This document shows, piece after piece, positions 12,781 to 27,990 of a stretch of 64,000 bases of DNA (position 1 is its first letter; every line of letters begins with the position of its first letter). Both the position numbers and the translations under genes were made by a program. The DNA is from the human T2T-CHM13v2.0 reference genome, Homo sapiens. The stretch is taken from the NCBI RefSeq assembly GCF_009914755.1, contig NC_060928.1. The stretch is one strand, 5' to 3'. A model generated the notes under the pieces. That model saw only the letters and a program-made list of their open reading frames with translations, was not told the DNA's origin and searched no databases.

Positions 12781-13855
12781 GAAGGGAAGACTCAGCTTCT
12801 GGCCCGTTTGCCTCTAGGCCTCTCAGAGCACAGTGAAATCAGCTTTCTCATGTATTTGAAATTTGCTGATTTTACCAAATGTGATCAGCCACAGGAACGC
12901 TCACGTCCTCGACTCTGTCCTCTCCCTCCTTCCCTGTCATGCTGGTCTCCAGCACCGATGAGGGGAATTGCACACTGCAAAAGATCTGTGCTTTGGAGAG
13001 GATAAAACACCCTCTAAATGCACATTATTGTTATTTTTTTTACGGGCACCCGAGCAAAACTGTCTGTTCATAAGAGCTAATTTAGTTAGATCAGGAATAA
13101 GTGCTACTTGAGATGAAAACTCATTCTCCTTTGTGATATTTTCTTTTGGGTATAAATCAAGAGAAGGGCTTTTAAAATATTTTTAGTATAAATGTATTTC
13201 AATCATATGGTCAGTCACCTCTTGGCACAGTTATCTAATAGATCTCCATGTGATTACTGAAATTGAACTTGCCTTGACAGCTCAGCCATCCTTTTCTCCA
13301 TTCAAGCCGTATTTGATTTCATCGATTTGGAAAGGGAGAAGGGAAAATCACCTATGACTCTGCATGGAAAATCTGATGTCCTGCAGGCTGATAGAGGATT
13401 CCATTGCAGACCTGATCTCTATGTGGAATTGGAAATCAGCATTGTAGTTTCAGGTAGGGACTCCATAAAAGTTCTGTCTCCCGTCTCCTTCTGTCCCTCC
13501 CCAAAATAGCTCTTTCTGTTATATACAGTGCTAGGAATTTACCCATGCAGCATGTAACCCCTAAGCCTTCCACTAAAGTCAAATGTCTCTAAGAGGGTGA
13601 ACACCTTAAACCAGGACTATAAATATGCCACACAGATGCTGACATTTCCAAGCCCAGGGCAGACACTGCTAATCAATCAGGCACAGTTTCCCACAAAGGC
13701 TTGATTTTGACAGGCAGCTCCAGGCAGACATTCCCAGTGGATCAGAGTCATGGGTCGAAACTATTAGTCATCCCGGCCTGAAACCATGGTGGAGATGGAG
13801 ATGATGAAGAGGAAAGCATTCAGCTTCCAAAAGCCCTGCTTTCTCTCTTTTGATG

Positions 13856-14504
<649 letters not shown>

Positions 14505-14904
14505 TAACATAAAGTCCACCACACCTTTCCCCCCAATATTTACCATGACATTTTGATTTCTGTTCTAAGCAGATTCACTCTAAGTAGTCTTTCTCCTGTT
14601 ACTGGTTTTACTCATGTAACAGGAGCCTCTTGTTATAAAAAAGGCAAGGAGCTTGCAGTTCAGAAAGGGCAGTCAGGGACCAGTGGGTCACTGGTACAAT
14701 GTCTGATTTTCTAGAAAAGATAAAACCATCCACCAAATGACTCTGGCTGACTCAGAAAGGGGTCTCCAGTTGATGAATTGGGGGAGACAATGAGGTTTTG
14801 GCTCAAACACAGATCTGGCTCATCTGAACAGAACCAGTTGGTACTGAGCCCTTATGGGGCCAGTCCTGGGTTGGGGAGCAGGCATGAACTGGGCATAGAC
14901 CCTG

Positions 14905-15215
14905 CATCCCTTTCCTGAGGCTGCCGTAACACGAGACCACAAACTGGGCAGCTTAAAACAACAGAAATTCACTCTCTCATAGTTCAGGAGGCTGGAGGTC
15001 CAAAGTCAAGGTGTTGGCAGGGTCACCTCCTTCTAAGGCTGGGAGGGAATCTGCTCCAGGCCTCTCTCCTGGCAGTTTCTGGCAATCTTGATGTTCCTTG
15101 GCCTGTAGACGCGTCACTCCAGTCTAGGCATCTGTCTTCACACGGCCCTCCTCTCTGCATCTCATTTTCTGTCTCTTGTAAGGAAACGTGTCATTGGATT
15201 TAGGGCACCCCATTA
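14905..15215 (-). mobile_element. MLT1C-like LTR fragment
   Basis: ggctgccgtaac...gcttaaaacaacagaaattc...cattggatttagggc. Confidence 0.75.
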
Positions 15216-15849
15216 ACCAAGCCAAGGCAGAGAAGGTGTGTGCCTCTGAGCAGTGGGCAGGAAGCTCAGGGCAGGAGCATGTATCAGAACTGAGTCCTGA
15301 AGACGGGCTGGGAAGTGGGAAGGCGGAGTGAGAGGAGCTGCGTTGCAGGGCACAGGGGGTGTGAGAGGGCACCATGGCTCAAGGACAGCTCTTCTCCCTC
15401 TGCTCATGGCAGAGTGAGGGCGAACTCCTGCGGCAGGGGCATCTGGGCCGACTCTGTGGTCATGAGCTGGGTTAGGATAGGGGGTCAGGAGTGTGGACGG
15501 GGCTGCGGGATGTGGAGTTCAAAGCTCAACTCTTAACATGTAGCAGCTCATGTGACTTTGGACAACATCCTCGACACCACGGAGCGTTACTCTTCTCACC
15601 TGTGAAATGGAATGACAGCGACCATCCCCACCTCACAGGGAGAGGAGTGCTGACGAGGGTAAAGGAAGGGAAACAGGAGAGACACAGTGACCTTTCAGCC
15701 GTCATTAGCCACTTGCACTATTATTTCAGGCTTGTACCCCCAGCTGCTAGCACGGAGCTGGCACGGCCTAGACGCTCAAGAAATGGCAATTGAACGAACA
15801 AACAATAAAAGCCCAAAGCACATTGCTTTCTTAAAAAAAAGGCAGCTTT

Positions 15850-16240
<391 letters not shown>

Positions 16241-16777
16241 CTAGTCAGTTTACGGATTTGCGCACCCCTCCTGACATCCAGTTTTGGAATACATCCATCA
16301 CCCCAGTTCGTGTCCTTGCTGTCACTCACAGTTCCCACGCCCAGCCCCAGGGAACCATTGACCCGCTTCCTGTTTCTATAAATTTGCCTTTTTGGGGCAT
16401 TTCAAATAAATGGAGTCACACAATATGTAGTATTCTTTGGCTGGTTTTCTTGTATGTGGCAAAATGTTTTTGAGGTTGACGTGTGCTGTAGCATGGATCA
16501 GTTACTCATTTCTTTTGATTGATAAATAGAATTTCATTGTATCCGTCTGCCACTTTTTATTTATCCATTCCTCAGTTGATGGCATTTGGATGGTTGCCAG
16601 TTTTTGGCTACTGTGAAAAATATTGCTATGAGCATTCACATGCAAGTCTGTGTGGGGTTGCATGTTTTATTTCTCTTGGGTAGATTCTTAAGAGTGAAAT
16701 TGCTCTCACATCCCTGTGATATGGTACTATTATCATCATGCCATTTCACAGATGAGGAGAGTAAGGCTTGACATGTT

Positions 16778-17075
16778 GAGTAGGGTAGCTCACACCTGTA
16801 ATCCCAGCACTTCGGGAGGCTGAGGCTGGAGGACTGCTTGAGTGCAAGAGTTTGAGACCATCCTGGGCAACATAGTGAGACCCTGTCTCTACAGAAAATA
16901 AGAAAAATTATCTGGGCGTGGTGGCACATGCCTGTAGTCCCAGCCACTTGGGAGGCTGAGGTGGGAGGATTGCTTGAGTCTGGGAGGTCAAGGCTGCAGT
17001 GAGCCAGGATTGTGCGACTGCCCTCCTGCCTGGGCAACAAAGCAAGACCCTGTCTCAAAAAAATAATTAAAAATA
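16778..17075 (+). mobile_element. AluJ
   Basis: ggaggtcaaggctgcagtgagcc J-type right arm. Confidence 0.9.
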
Positions 17076-17127
17076 AGAGATGTTGAATATATTGTGCAAA
17101 GTTCAAGTTAACTTTTGAAAAACTAAG

Positions 17128-17437
17128 TTTATTTTTTATTTTTAATTTTTTTTGTAAGACAAGGTATCATTTTGTTGCCCAGATTGGAGTGCAGTGGCAT
17201 GACCTTTGCTCACCAAAACTGCTGCCTCCTAGGCTCAAGCGATTCTTCTGCTTCAGCCTCCCAAGTAGCTGGGATTACAGGTGCACACAACTATCGCCCA
17301 GCTAATTTTTGTATTTTTAGTAGAGATGGGATTTCACCATGTTGGCCAGGCTAGTCTTGAACTTCTGACCTCAAGTGATCCACCCACCTTGGCCTCCCAA
17401 GTGCTGGGATTACAGGCATGAGCCACCGTGCCCGGCC
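17128..17437 (-). mobile_element. AluS
   Basis: Antisense dimer; TSD aaactaagttt. Confidence 0.9.
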
Positions 17438-18266
17438 TAGAAACTAAGTTTTTTCCCAGTGTGGCTGTGCCCTTGTACATTCCCACCAGCCACGTATGAA
17501 CTTCTAGTTTCTTTAATCTTTTTCACATCTGTTTTTTCATTATACTCACCTTTGTGGATGTGTGATAGCAACTTGTTTTCATTTTAATTTGCATTTCCCT
17601 AATGACTAACAACATTGAGCATCTTTTCCTGTGCTTAGTAGCCATTTACATAGGTCTACTTTAGTGAGATGTCTATTTAATTATATTGCCCATGTTTAAT
17701 TTTTTTTGTCTTCTTAAGTTCTAAGAGTTCTTTATATATTCTGGATACAAGTGTATCCTTTTCCCATTGAATTGTTTTGGCACTTTTATCAAAAGCTAAT
17801 TACCCATAATGTTTGTAATTCTGTTACAATTCTGTTCTGCTGATCTATACATCTATTCTTCCATGAATGCTCCGCTGTCTTGATTATTAAGGCATAATAT
17901 TAAGATTGAAATCAGGGAGTATAAATCTTCCGTGTCCTTTGCCTTTCCGTATAAAATTTAGGACCAGCTTATCAGCTTCTACAAAAAGGTTCGATAGTAT
18001 TTTGACAGGGATCACATTGAATTTATAGGTCACTTTGTGGAGAATTTGCTATCTAGACGATATTGAATCTTCCAATCCATGAACACGGAATGTTCTTCCA
18101 TTTGTTTATATCATCTTTAACTTCTCTCAACAATGTTTGGTAGATTTCAGTGAAGATCTTGCACTTTTGTTAAATTTATTCCTAAGCATTTTATTCTTTC
18201 TGATGCTATTGTGAATGGAATTGTTTGCTTAACTTTATTTTTGGATTGTTTGTTGCTATTATATAG

Positions 18267-18643
<377 letters not shown>

Positions 18644-21126
18644 TATCCTATGAGTTTTTAAATGGATCTGTTGGGATTTTCTATATTAAGAATCACATCA
18701 TCTATGAGTAAAAGTATTTTATTTCTTCACTTTGAATCTTGATACTTTTTATTATTTTGCCATATTGCCCTAGTTAAACCTCTAGTAGTTTGTCGATTAA
18801 AAGTGGTGAGAGTAGACATCCTCGCTGTGTTCCTGGTCAAGAGGGGAAAGCTTTCTGTGTTTTTTCATCACTGAGTGTGATCTTTGCCGTGGGTTTTTTG
18901 TAGATCCCCTTTTCCAGGCTGAGAAAGTTCCCTTCTATTTCTAGTTTGTTGAGAGTTAAAAAAAAAGTCAATAGGTACTGAATTTTAAAAAATGCATTTC
19001 CTTTGAGACAGTCGTGTGTTTTTCTCCTTTGTTCTATTAATATGATGTATTAGATTAATTGATATTTGGATGTTAAACTAGGCTTGCATTTTCAGGATAA
19101 ATCCCACTTGGTCTTAGTGTCTAGTCCTTTTTATATGTTGCTGGATTCAGCTGGCTAATATTTTGTTAAGAATTTTAGCATTTGTTTAATGATGAATATT
19201 GGTCTGTGGTTTTCTTCTAATGTTTTCGTCTGGCTTTGGTTAGGATAATACTAGCTTCATACAACGAGTGAGAAGTGTTCCCTCCTCCTCTATTTTCTAA
19301 AAGAGTCTGTGAAGGATTGGTATTATTTCTTCTTTAAATATTTGTTAGGATTCACCAATGAAGCTATGTGGATCTGGCTTTTCATTGTGGAGAGATTTTA
19401 AATTATTAACTCAATTTCCTTTATATTGTTGCAAGTCTGTTCAGATTTTATATTTTATCTTGAGTCAGTTTTTGTAATCTGTGCATTTCCAGGAATGTGT
19501 TCATTTATCTAAGTTGTCTAATTTGTTGGTATTGCATTGTTTACAGTATTCTCTTATAAGCCATTTAATTTCATATGATTGGCAACGATGTTCCTTTTCT
19601 CATGCCTGATTTTGGCAATTCTTATCTTTTCTCCTCCTTTTTTTTTTTTTTGGCTCATCTAGCTAAAAGTTTATCAGTTTTGTTATCTCTTTAAAGACCC
19701 ACCTTTGGGTTTCATTTATTTTCTCTTTTGCTTTTCTGTTTTCTATTTTGCTGATTTTTGTTATAATCTTTCCCATTTTCTTTCTTCTGCTTGCTTTTTG
19801 TTTAGTTTGCTCTTCTTTTTCTAGCTCATTTAGATAGATGCTTAAGCTATTTAAGACCTTTCTTTTCTTCTGACATAGGTGTTAAAAGGTATAAGTTCCC
19901 CTCTATGCACTGCTTAGCCGTGTGCCATTCATTTTCATATATTGTTAGAATTTTTCATCCGCTTCAAAATATTTTGTAATTTCTCAGGTAATTTCTTCTT
20001 TGACCGTTGAGTTATTTAGAAATGTGCTGCTCATTTTTGAAATATTTGGGCTTTCATAGACTTTTGTTAATGTGTGATTTAATTTCACTATGGCTAAGGA
20101 CCATGCTTTGTGTGATTTCAGTCTGTTTACATTAACGAGGCTCATTTTAAGGCCTAGTAATGTTCTGTCCTGGAGAATGGTCTATGTGTGCTTGAAAAAA
20201 ATTGTGTATCCTGCAGTCATTAGGCTAGTTAGGTTGAGTTGGTCAATAATGTGTTTAAGTCTTCTATATCTTTGCTGATTCTTAACCTAGTGGTTCCATT
20301 GGTGATTGAGAGTGGGATTTGAAATCTCCAACTATTGTCCTTTTAATTCCATTAGTTTTTGTGTCATGTATTTTGAAGCACTGTTATTAGGGGTGTATAC
20401 ATTTATAATTTTTATATCTTCCTGATGTATTAACTCTTTTATCATTATGAAATGTTCTTCTTTGTCTCTAGTAATATTTCTTATCTACAAGTTTATTTTG
20501 TTTAATATTAAAATTATCACTCCCAGCTCTCTTATGATTTATTTTTTCATGGTATATTATTGTCCAGTCCTTTTACTTTCATCCTATTTGCATTTTTGAA
20601 TCTAAGATATGTCTCTTGTAGATAGTATATAGTCACATCACTTGTTTATGCAGTCTGGCAATCTCTGCTTTTGGCCTTTTTAGACTATTCACATTTAATG
20701 TACTTTATATTACATTATGCTTACATATACCATTTTGGGTTTTCTATACATCTCTTTTGTTGTTATCTTTTTCCTTTGTTCCTTCTTCATTACTTTTGTT
20801 TCTTTTAAATAAATATTTTTAGTATCCCATTTTAATTCCTGTTTTTTTTTTAAACCTTGTATTTTGAGTTATTTTCTTAATGATTGCTTTAAGGACTACA
20901 AAATACTTTTAACTTGTCATAATCCACTTCAGATTAATACTAACTTAATTAATCTGACCAAATACAGGAGGTTTGCTTCAATATAGCTTCATTCTTTTCC
21001 CCTTGTACTATTATTGTCACATATATATTACATATATATTATCTAAATATCTGTATCTATATATTTTTCTTATAAACCCAACAGTGTAGTGTTATAATGA
21101 TTACTCAAGTCTTTTAAAGAATTTAA

Positions 21127-21484
<358 letters not shown>

Positions 21485-22667
21485 TAACATTTAGCATTTC
21501 TAAGGCTTTTAATTTCTTCTTGTGAATTTAAGTTTCCATCCATCTGCTATCATTTCCTTTCAGCCTCATGGGCTTCCTTTGGTATTTCTTGAAAGGCAAG
21601 CCTGCTAGCAATGAATTCCAACAATATTTGTTTATCTGAGAATGTCTTTATTTCACTTTTGTTTTTGGAGGATAGTTTTGCTGGATATAGAAATATTGGA
21701 TGAGTTTTTTCTTTTTTTGCATTTTGAATATGTCATTCTACTGCCTTCTGCCCTCTGTTTTTTTCTGTGATGAGAAGTCAGCTGCTTATCACATTGTTGT
21801 CCCCTAATACACAATGAATTGTTTTTATCTTGCTTCCTTCATGATTTTCGCTGTCTTTCAATCATTTGATTATGATGTGTCTAGGTGTATATCTCTATGT
21901 ATTTAACCTACTTGGGGTTGTTAAGTTTTTTCAAATGTTTGGATTAAAGTTTTTCATCAGTTTTGGAAATGTTTTGGCCATTATTCCTTCAAGTATTTTT
22001 TGCATCCTCTTTCTCTCTCTCCTCTCCTCTGGAACTCTTCTGAAATGCATATTGACATGCTTGATGTTCTACAGGCTGTTGAGGCTCTATTAATTTTTCT
22101 TCACCCTTCTGTTCTCTTTGTTCTTCATATTGGTTAATTTTTATTGCTCTGTTTTCATGCTTGCTGATTCTTCTACTATCTCAAATCTGCCACCGAGCCC
22201 TTCTGGTGAATTTTTCCCATTAGTGTACTCTTCAACTCTGGAATTTTCATTTGGTTTGAAAATATTATTTCTACCCCTTTATTCAGATTCTCTATTTATT
22301 GATTTATTATTATTGTTGTACTTTCTGTTAATTATTTGATTATGTTTATAATAGTTGCTTTGAAGTTTTTCACTACCAAATCTAACTTCTGGAGATCCTC
22401 AGAGACTAGTTTTCCCTCCCTCTGACCCCCAGAGTATAGGTCATATATGCCTATTTTTTTGCATTTCTCTTTTTTTTTGTTGTTGAAAACTGGAAATTTT
22501 AGGTAACATATTATATCAGCTTTGGATTTTGATTTTCCCCAAGAAGGTTGTTACTGTTTGTTGCTTGTTCATTTGTTTAGTAACTTGCCTGTGCTAACTC
22601 TAGGAAATTCATTTTCCTTGCTGTGTATAGCTGCTGATGCTCAGATTAAAAATATATATATATTTCT

Positions 22668-22950
22668 GGCTGGGTGTGGTGGCTTACACCTGTAATCCCA
22701 GCACTTTGGGAGGCCAAGGCAGGCAGATCATTTGAGGTCAGGAGTTCTAGACCAGCCTGGCCAACATGGTGAAACCCCCTCTCTACTAAAAACACAAAAA
22801 TTAGCCGGGCGTGGTGGCACGCGCCTGTAGTCCCAGCTACTCAGTAGGCTGAGTCAGCAGAATCGCTTGAACCAGGAGGTGGAGGTTGCAGTGAGCCAAG
22901 ATCACGCCATTGCACTCCAGCCTGGGCGACAGAGTGAGATTCTGTCTCTC
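22668..22950 (+). mobile_element. AluSx-like
   Basis: Sense dimer whose tail is replaced by a compound microsatellite. Confidence 0.92.
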
Positions 22951-22969
22951 TCCCTCTCTCTCTCTCTCT

Positions 22970-23046
<77 letters not shown>

Positions 23047-23182
23047 TACACATATATACACATATATATACACACATATATGTATATACACACTATATAT
23101 ACACACATATATACACACACACATATATACACAGACACACACACATATATATATACATATTTATATATTTATATATATATTT
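22945..23182. repeat. Compound microsatellite (TC)n(TA)21(CA)13 plus degenerate TA/CA
   Basis: (TA)21 at 22973-23014 and (CA)13 at 23015-23040, read directly. Confidence 0.95.
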
Positions 23183-24186
23183 TTTAAAGCCTGGCTTCTG
23201 TGCCCCTGTGTGTCCATAGTATAGAGGTCAGCCAGTGTTTGATCAGAGGTTATTCTCAAACACCTCAAGCTCATAAGACTTCTATATTCTGTTAAAGACC
23301 TGTACACAGGTAGGGGAGCACATTCATAATTCTGGCCGTTTCCAAGTCTGCCTGGCTTTTACTTTTTACTAGGCTGTTCATGTTTCCTGTGTGTGTGCAC
23401 GTGGCCTTAGGGTCAGCTAGCTAGAAATCATGGCTGGCTTGGATCCTTTCCAGTCTCCATCATGCATAGACACAGCCCCAGCCATTCCACACAGCCTGTC
23501 AGATTGCCACTTTTGCTGAGAAAGCCATTAGACGTGAGCATTACCCATTGCTCCAAATTGTGTGATTCCTGTCAACTGTGGCCCACCAGCTGCTGGTCCT
23601 CAGGGCCTGTCCTGCCCTAAAGAATCTCTAAGTCTATCCAGCTGGGAGGGCAGTATCGGAACAGCCCTGGGCCAGAATTTTACAAACTCCCACTGTTTCT
23701 AACTGAAATTCAGCAGTTTTCAAGAATAAGCACTTCTCAGATTGGTGCATGCTTTTGGATGATTTTCAGAGTGTGGAAATGGCTGGTCTTTTTGGTCAAT
23801 TTTGTGCAGCTGTATAATTGACTTTTGGGGAGAGGATTTGTCAACCTCCTCGCTTGGCCATAGCTGGGAGTCCAGAAGTACTTTCCTGACTGGAAAATGC
23901 GGTGGGCAAGATGAATGTCTTGGCAGGATAGGGTAGGGGAAAAGTGGTTGGATATGAGGCTGAAAAGGTTGCCTGGGGCTAAATGAAACCTCATTTAGTA
24001 GAGGAGAAAAGAGGTAGCACCCTTGGGGAAAGGGATTTTCCCAAGTTCTCAAACCTCAGTCAATGAAGAGATGACACTGGAACCTGGATCTCTTGACTCC
24101 CAATCAATTGCTCCCCCCGCCATCTACCAAATTGCGTTAGTAGTTGTAGTTTAGAAGTCCACATCCAGTTTTCAGTATGAAAGGCT

Positions 24187-24592
24187 CATCCATCCATCCA
24201 TCCATCCATCCATCCATCCATCCATCCACCCACCCATCCATCCATCCATCCATCCATCCATCCATCCATCCACCCACCCACCCATCCATCCATCTATGCA
24301 TCCATCCACGTATTCATCCATCCATCCATCCATCCATCCACCCACCCATCCATTCATCCATCCATCCATCCATACATCCACCCACCCATCCATCCACCTA
24401 TTCATCCATCCATCCATCCATGCATCCACCTATTCATCCATCCATCCCTCCATCCCTCCCTCCCTCCCTCCCTCCATCCCTCCCTCCCTCCATGCATCCA
24501 TCCACCCATTCATCCATCCATCCATCCATCCATCCATCCATCCATCCATCCATCTACCCATCCATCCATCCATCCATCCATGCATCCATCCA
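24187..24592. repeat. (TCCA)n/(TCCC)n array, about 400 bp
   Basis: Degenerate tetramer run abutting an antisense L2 3' end (caacaaatactgactgag...). Confidence 0.95.
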
Positions 24593-25559
24593 ACAAATAC
24601 TGACTGAGTTCCCACTGTGTGCCCAGCATTGCACACAGCTCTGGCAATACAGAGGTAAATGAAAACTGACAGAGTCCCAGGGCTTATGACCCTTATAGTC
24701 TTAGATTGGGGACACTTCAGTTGCCAGAAAGGGCCTTGCAAGAGCTAGTTTGAAGAAATGTCTCATGCTGATTTGTTAGTGTTGACTAAGGCTATAGCCC
24801 TTTCCAGGAAAAACAGTGAGTTTTAATTGACTCCCAAGCTGAAATGTCTCAAGCCATGATTTTCAACCAAAATTTTCTTTGTGAAAAATTGCAAATGTGC
24901 AGCACATTTAAATAAAAAATCAATTTCATAGTCAAGAGTTTGGTAGCAAAAATGTTGACTTCCAAAATGAATCTCAAGGGCAAGAATACCGTGAGTTCTC
25001 TTTCAAAATGTCTGTTAAACTTGAGGGCTTTGAAAATCTCTCCTTCAGAGAAATCTATCATCATGAGGCCATTGGCCCTTCACGGTGAGACTGCCATGGA
25101 GCGGCCTGATACTTAAACACTTGCCAATTACTGCTAGCTTCCTATGCGATGCCAAGCAACCATATGGAAACTGAAAAATTCAGCAAAAATCTGGGTGCCT
25201 TTTCTATATGACAACAAATAATCAGATATTTGGAAACAAGAGATTATTTTTTAACTAAATCTTGAGTCATCCTCTGGAAATTTCTAAACACAACCTCAGA
25301 GGAAGTTATGGTGTTACCCATTTCATCCCGTCCTTCTCTGTTTTCTTCCTGGGTGATCTCATTCAATAATCATGCCCAAATCTGTATCCCAAGCCCTTAA
25401 AATCTCCTGGTCACCACTTCCAAAGGCCTCCCAAGCTTCCCTGATAGCAAGCCAACACTTTAGGCAAATTCATTCAGACGAATAAATTCTTCCCTCTCTC
25501 TTCCTTCTGCCTTACTCAGCACGTATTTCCATAATGGTCTGTGGTCTCTAGGGCTCACC

Positions 25560-25891
25560 AAATGTCCAAGTGCTCCCACATCTCCCAGCCTTGCTTGTAG
25601 GTAGAGGCCATGAACCTGGGTCTGGCCACTGGGATGTGAGGGATGGAGCGATTTCTAGGACCCATCCTTATAAAACATCCTGTGTGATTCTCTAGCTCTC
25701 TCTTCTCCTGTTATGTGACTTTAGAGGCCTCTTGTTCCAGATTGCAAAGCTACAGAATGGAGAAAGCCACCTGACTTTGCATTTGCATCAGACTTTGTGA
25801 ATGAGTGAAATGAACCTTGCTTGGGTTACACCACTGAGATTTGGGGTTAATCTGCTGCTGCAGCCCAGCCTGGCCTATCCTGACTCATACC
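25560..25891 (+). mobile_element. Ancient ERVL/MaLR-type LTR fragment within an L2
   Basis: 3' end ccactgagatttggggtt...cctatcctgactcatac; L2 sequence resumes at about 25892-26350. Confidence 0.55.
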
Positions 25892-27330
25892 TCCAGGATG
25901 TCCCACAGACACCTCAGAGGCTACACGTTCACAGTTGCACCAGGCACTTTCTCCTTTACGTGTTCCTGACCTGGGGAAGTGGCATCATCGTTCCTCCTAC
26001 CACTTCCTGGTTGTGTTTGACTCCTCCGTTTCTCACTTTGCACAAGAGGTGGTTCTGGGGACCCACCTCTATCTCCTCCTCTCCACACCTCCCCATGGCC
26101 TCCAAGCTTTCAGAAGCTGCCAGCATTAACTTTTAAAAACACAAACCTGACCATGCCATTCCTTTTCTTAAAATCCCTAGAAGGTCGTCTTTGAAGTCAG
26201 AATAAAGCACAAACCCTTTAGCACCCAAGACCTGTGGCCTTTGGGCCTGCCTCCCTCCAGTCTCTTGGCCTTTGTCCCTGTGTGTGCTGCACTCTCTGTT
26301 TCACCTCACCTGGGTTCCTACTCACCATCCAAGACCTGCTCCAATGTATTTTTCTCTGATGCCAACATGTCAGGCGAATAAATTCTTCCCTCTGTCTTCC
26401 TTCTACCATACTCAGCACATATTTCCATAATAGCCTATGTTCTCTGGGGTGTAACTAGCTGTTAAGCAGAAATAAAAACCACAGGGTCAAAGAGTTGAGG
26501 GACAATGGAATTAATCAAAGTCATACAGGTTTTTAAGTTGCAGAACTTTGCAGGCCTTAATATGCAAAGTCACATGACTCTGTAAAAGGTATGATGGAGC
26601 CCATGGTCCTTCCTAACATAGCGCATTTCTAGAGAGCACCTCCTAAGGCTAACATTCCATGAAAGTCCTAGTGTAACCCACCCTCTCACTTGACAGAATG
26701 GGAAACTGATACCCGGAGGACACAGCTGGGAGTGGCCAAGTGGAGACAGCTGGGAGAGTGGGTGAGGAGGTGAAGTGTGCTGGCCGGGGGGCTGCTCTTC
26801 TGGCAGGTGAGGGACTCAGTGCTCAGCCCCCAGCCTTGGGGAGCATTTGCCTTGTGAATGAATACACACTGTACCCCAGCTAGGCATTTCGGGGGGCTAG
26901 ACAGAGACTTCAGAATAGACCGTCATGGACTGTCATCACATAGGTGAGGTTGTGTGATGCAACGGGGATTTACTGTGGGTTATCTCATCATAGGTCCATG
27001 TGAAGACCCCCTCTGCAGCACACAACACAGGCAATGCCTTCCAGGTGTTCTTCTGAGCATTACATAGACACTCATTTATCTGCATGGCAACCTACAACCC
27101 AGGTACCATCATCATTCTCATTGAACAGATGAGGAAACTGAGGCACAGAGACAGTCAGTGATTCGTTTCCTGCAGGGCCAGAACCTGAGTTCAGCCTCTC
27201 TCTCAACCATCACTGTGAGCTCATTTAAAAAAAAAATAAATACTTATGACACACTGACTGTGATGGGTGCTTTCACCTACAAAACAACCACTTTGTAGGC
27301 AGGCATCATTACTGCCCTCACTACCCCCTC

Positions 27331-27990
27331 TGCTATGGTTGAATGATAGTGTCCTCTCCAAAATTCATGCTGAAATGCAATCCCCAACACAATGCAAAGT
27401 GGCCTTTGGGAGGTGATGATAATGGAATTAGCACTCTTATTAAGGGCTCAAAGTGGAAAGGCGTACTCTCTTGCCCTTCCAACATTTCCCTCTCTTCTGC
27501 CAAGTGAGGACACTGTGTTTGTCCCTCAAGAGGGCACCATCCTGGAAGCAGGAAGCAGCCCTCACCAGACACCAGTCCTGCTGGTGCCTCGATCTTGGAC
27601 TTCCCAGCCTCCAGAACCATGAGAAGTAAATTTGTGGGTGTTTTTTTTGAGACAGGGTCTCACTCTCTAGCCCAGGTTGGAGTGCAGTGGCACAATTATG
27701 GCTCATTGCAGCCTCAACCTCCCAGGCTCAAGAAGATCCTCCCACTTCAGCCCCATGAGTAGTTGGAACTACAGGCGTGCACCACCATGCCTAGCTAATT
27801 TTTAAAAAATATTTTATATTTAAAAATATAAAATGGGGTCTTGTCATGTTGCCTAGGCTGGTCTTGAACTCCTAGGCTAAAGTGATCCTCCCACCTCAGC
27901 TTCCCAAACTACTAGGATTACAAGTGTTAGCCACTGCACCTGGCCTGTTCTTTATAAATTACCCAGTCTGTGGTATTTTGTTGCAGCTCT
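27331..27990 (+). mobile_element. MST-like MaLR LTR split by AluJ
   Basis: tgctatggttgaatg...cttggacttcccagcctccagaaccatgaga, then tgttctttataaattacccagtctgtggtattttg after the Alu. Confidence 0.8.
27640..27945 (-). mobile_element. AluJ
   Basis: Antisense dimer with AT-expanded linker. Confidence 0.9.
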
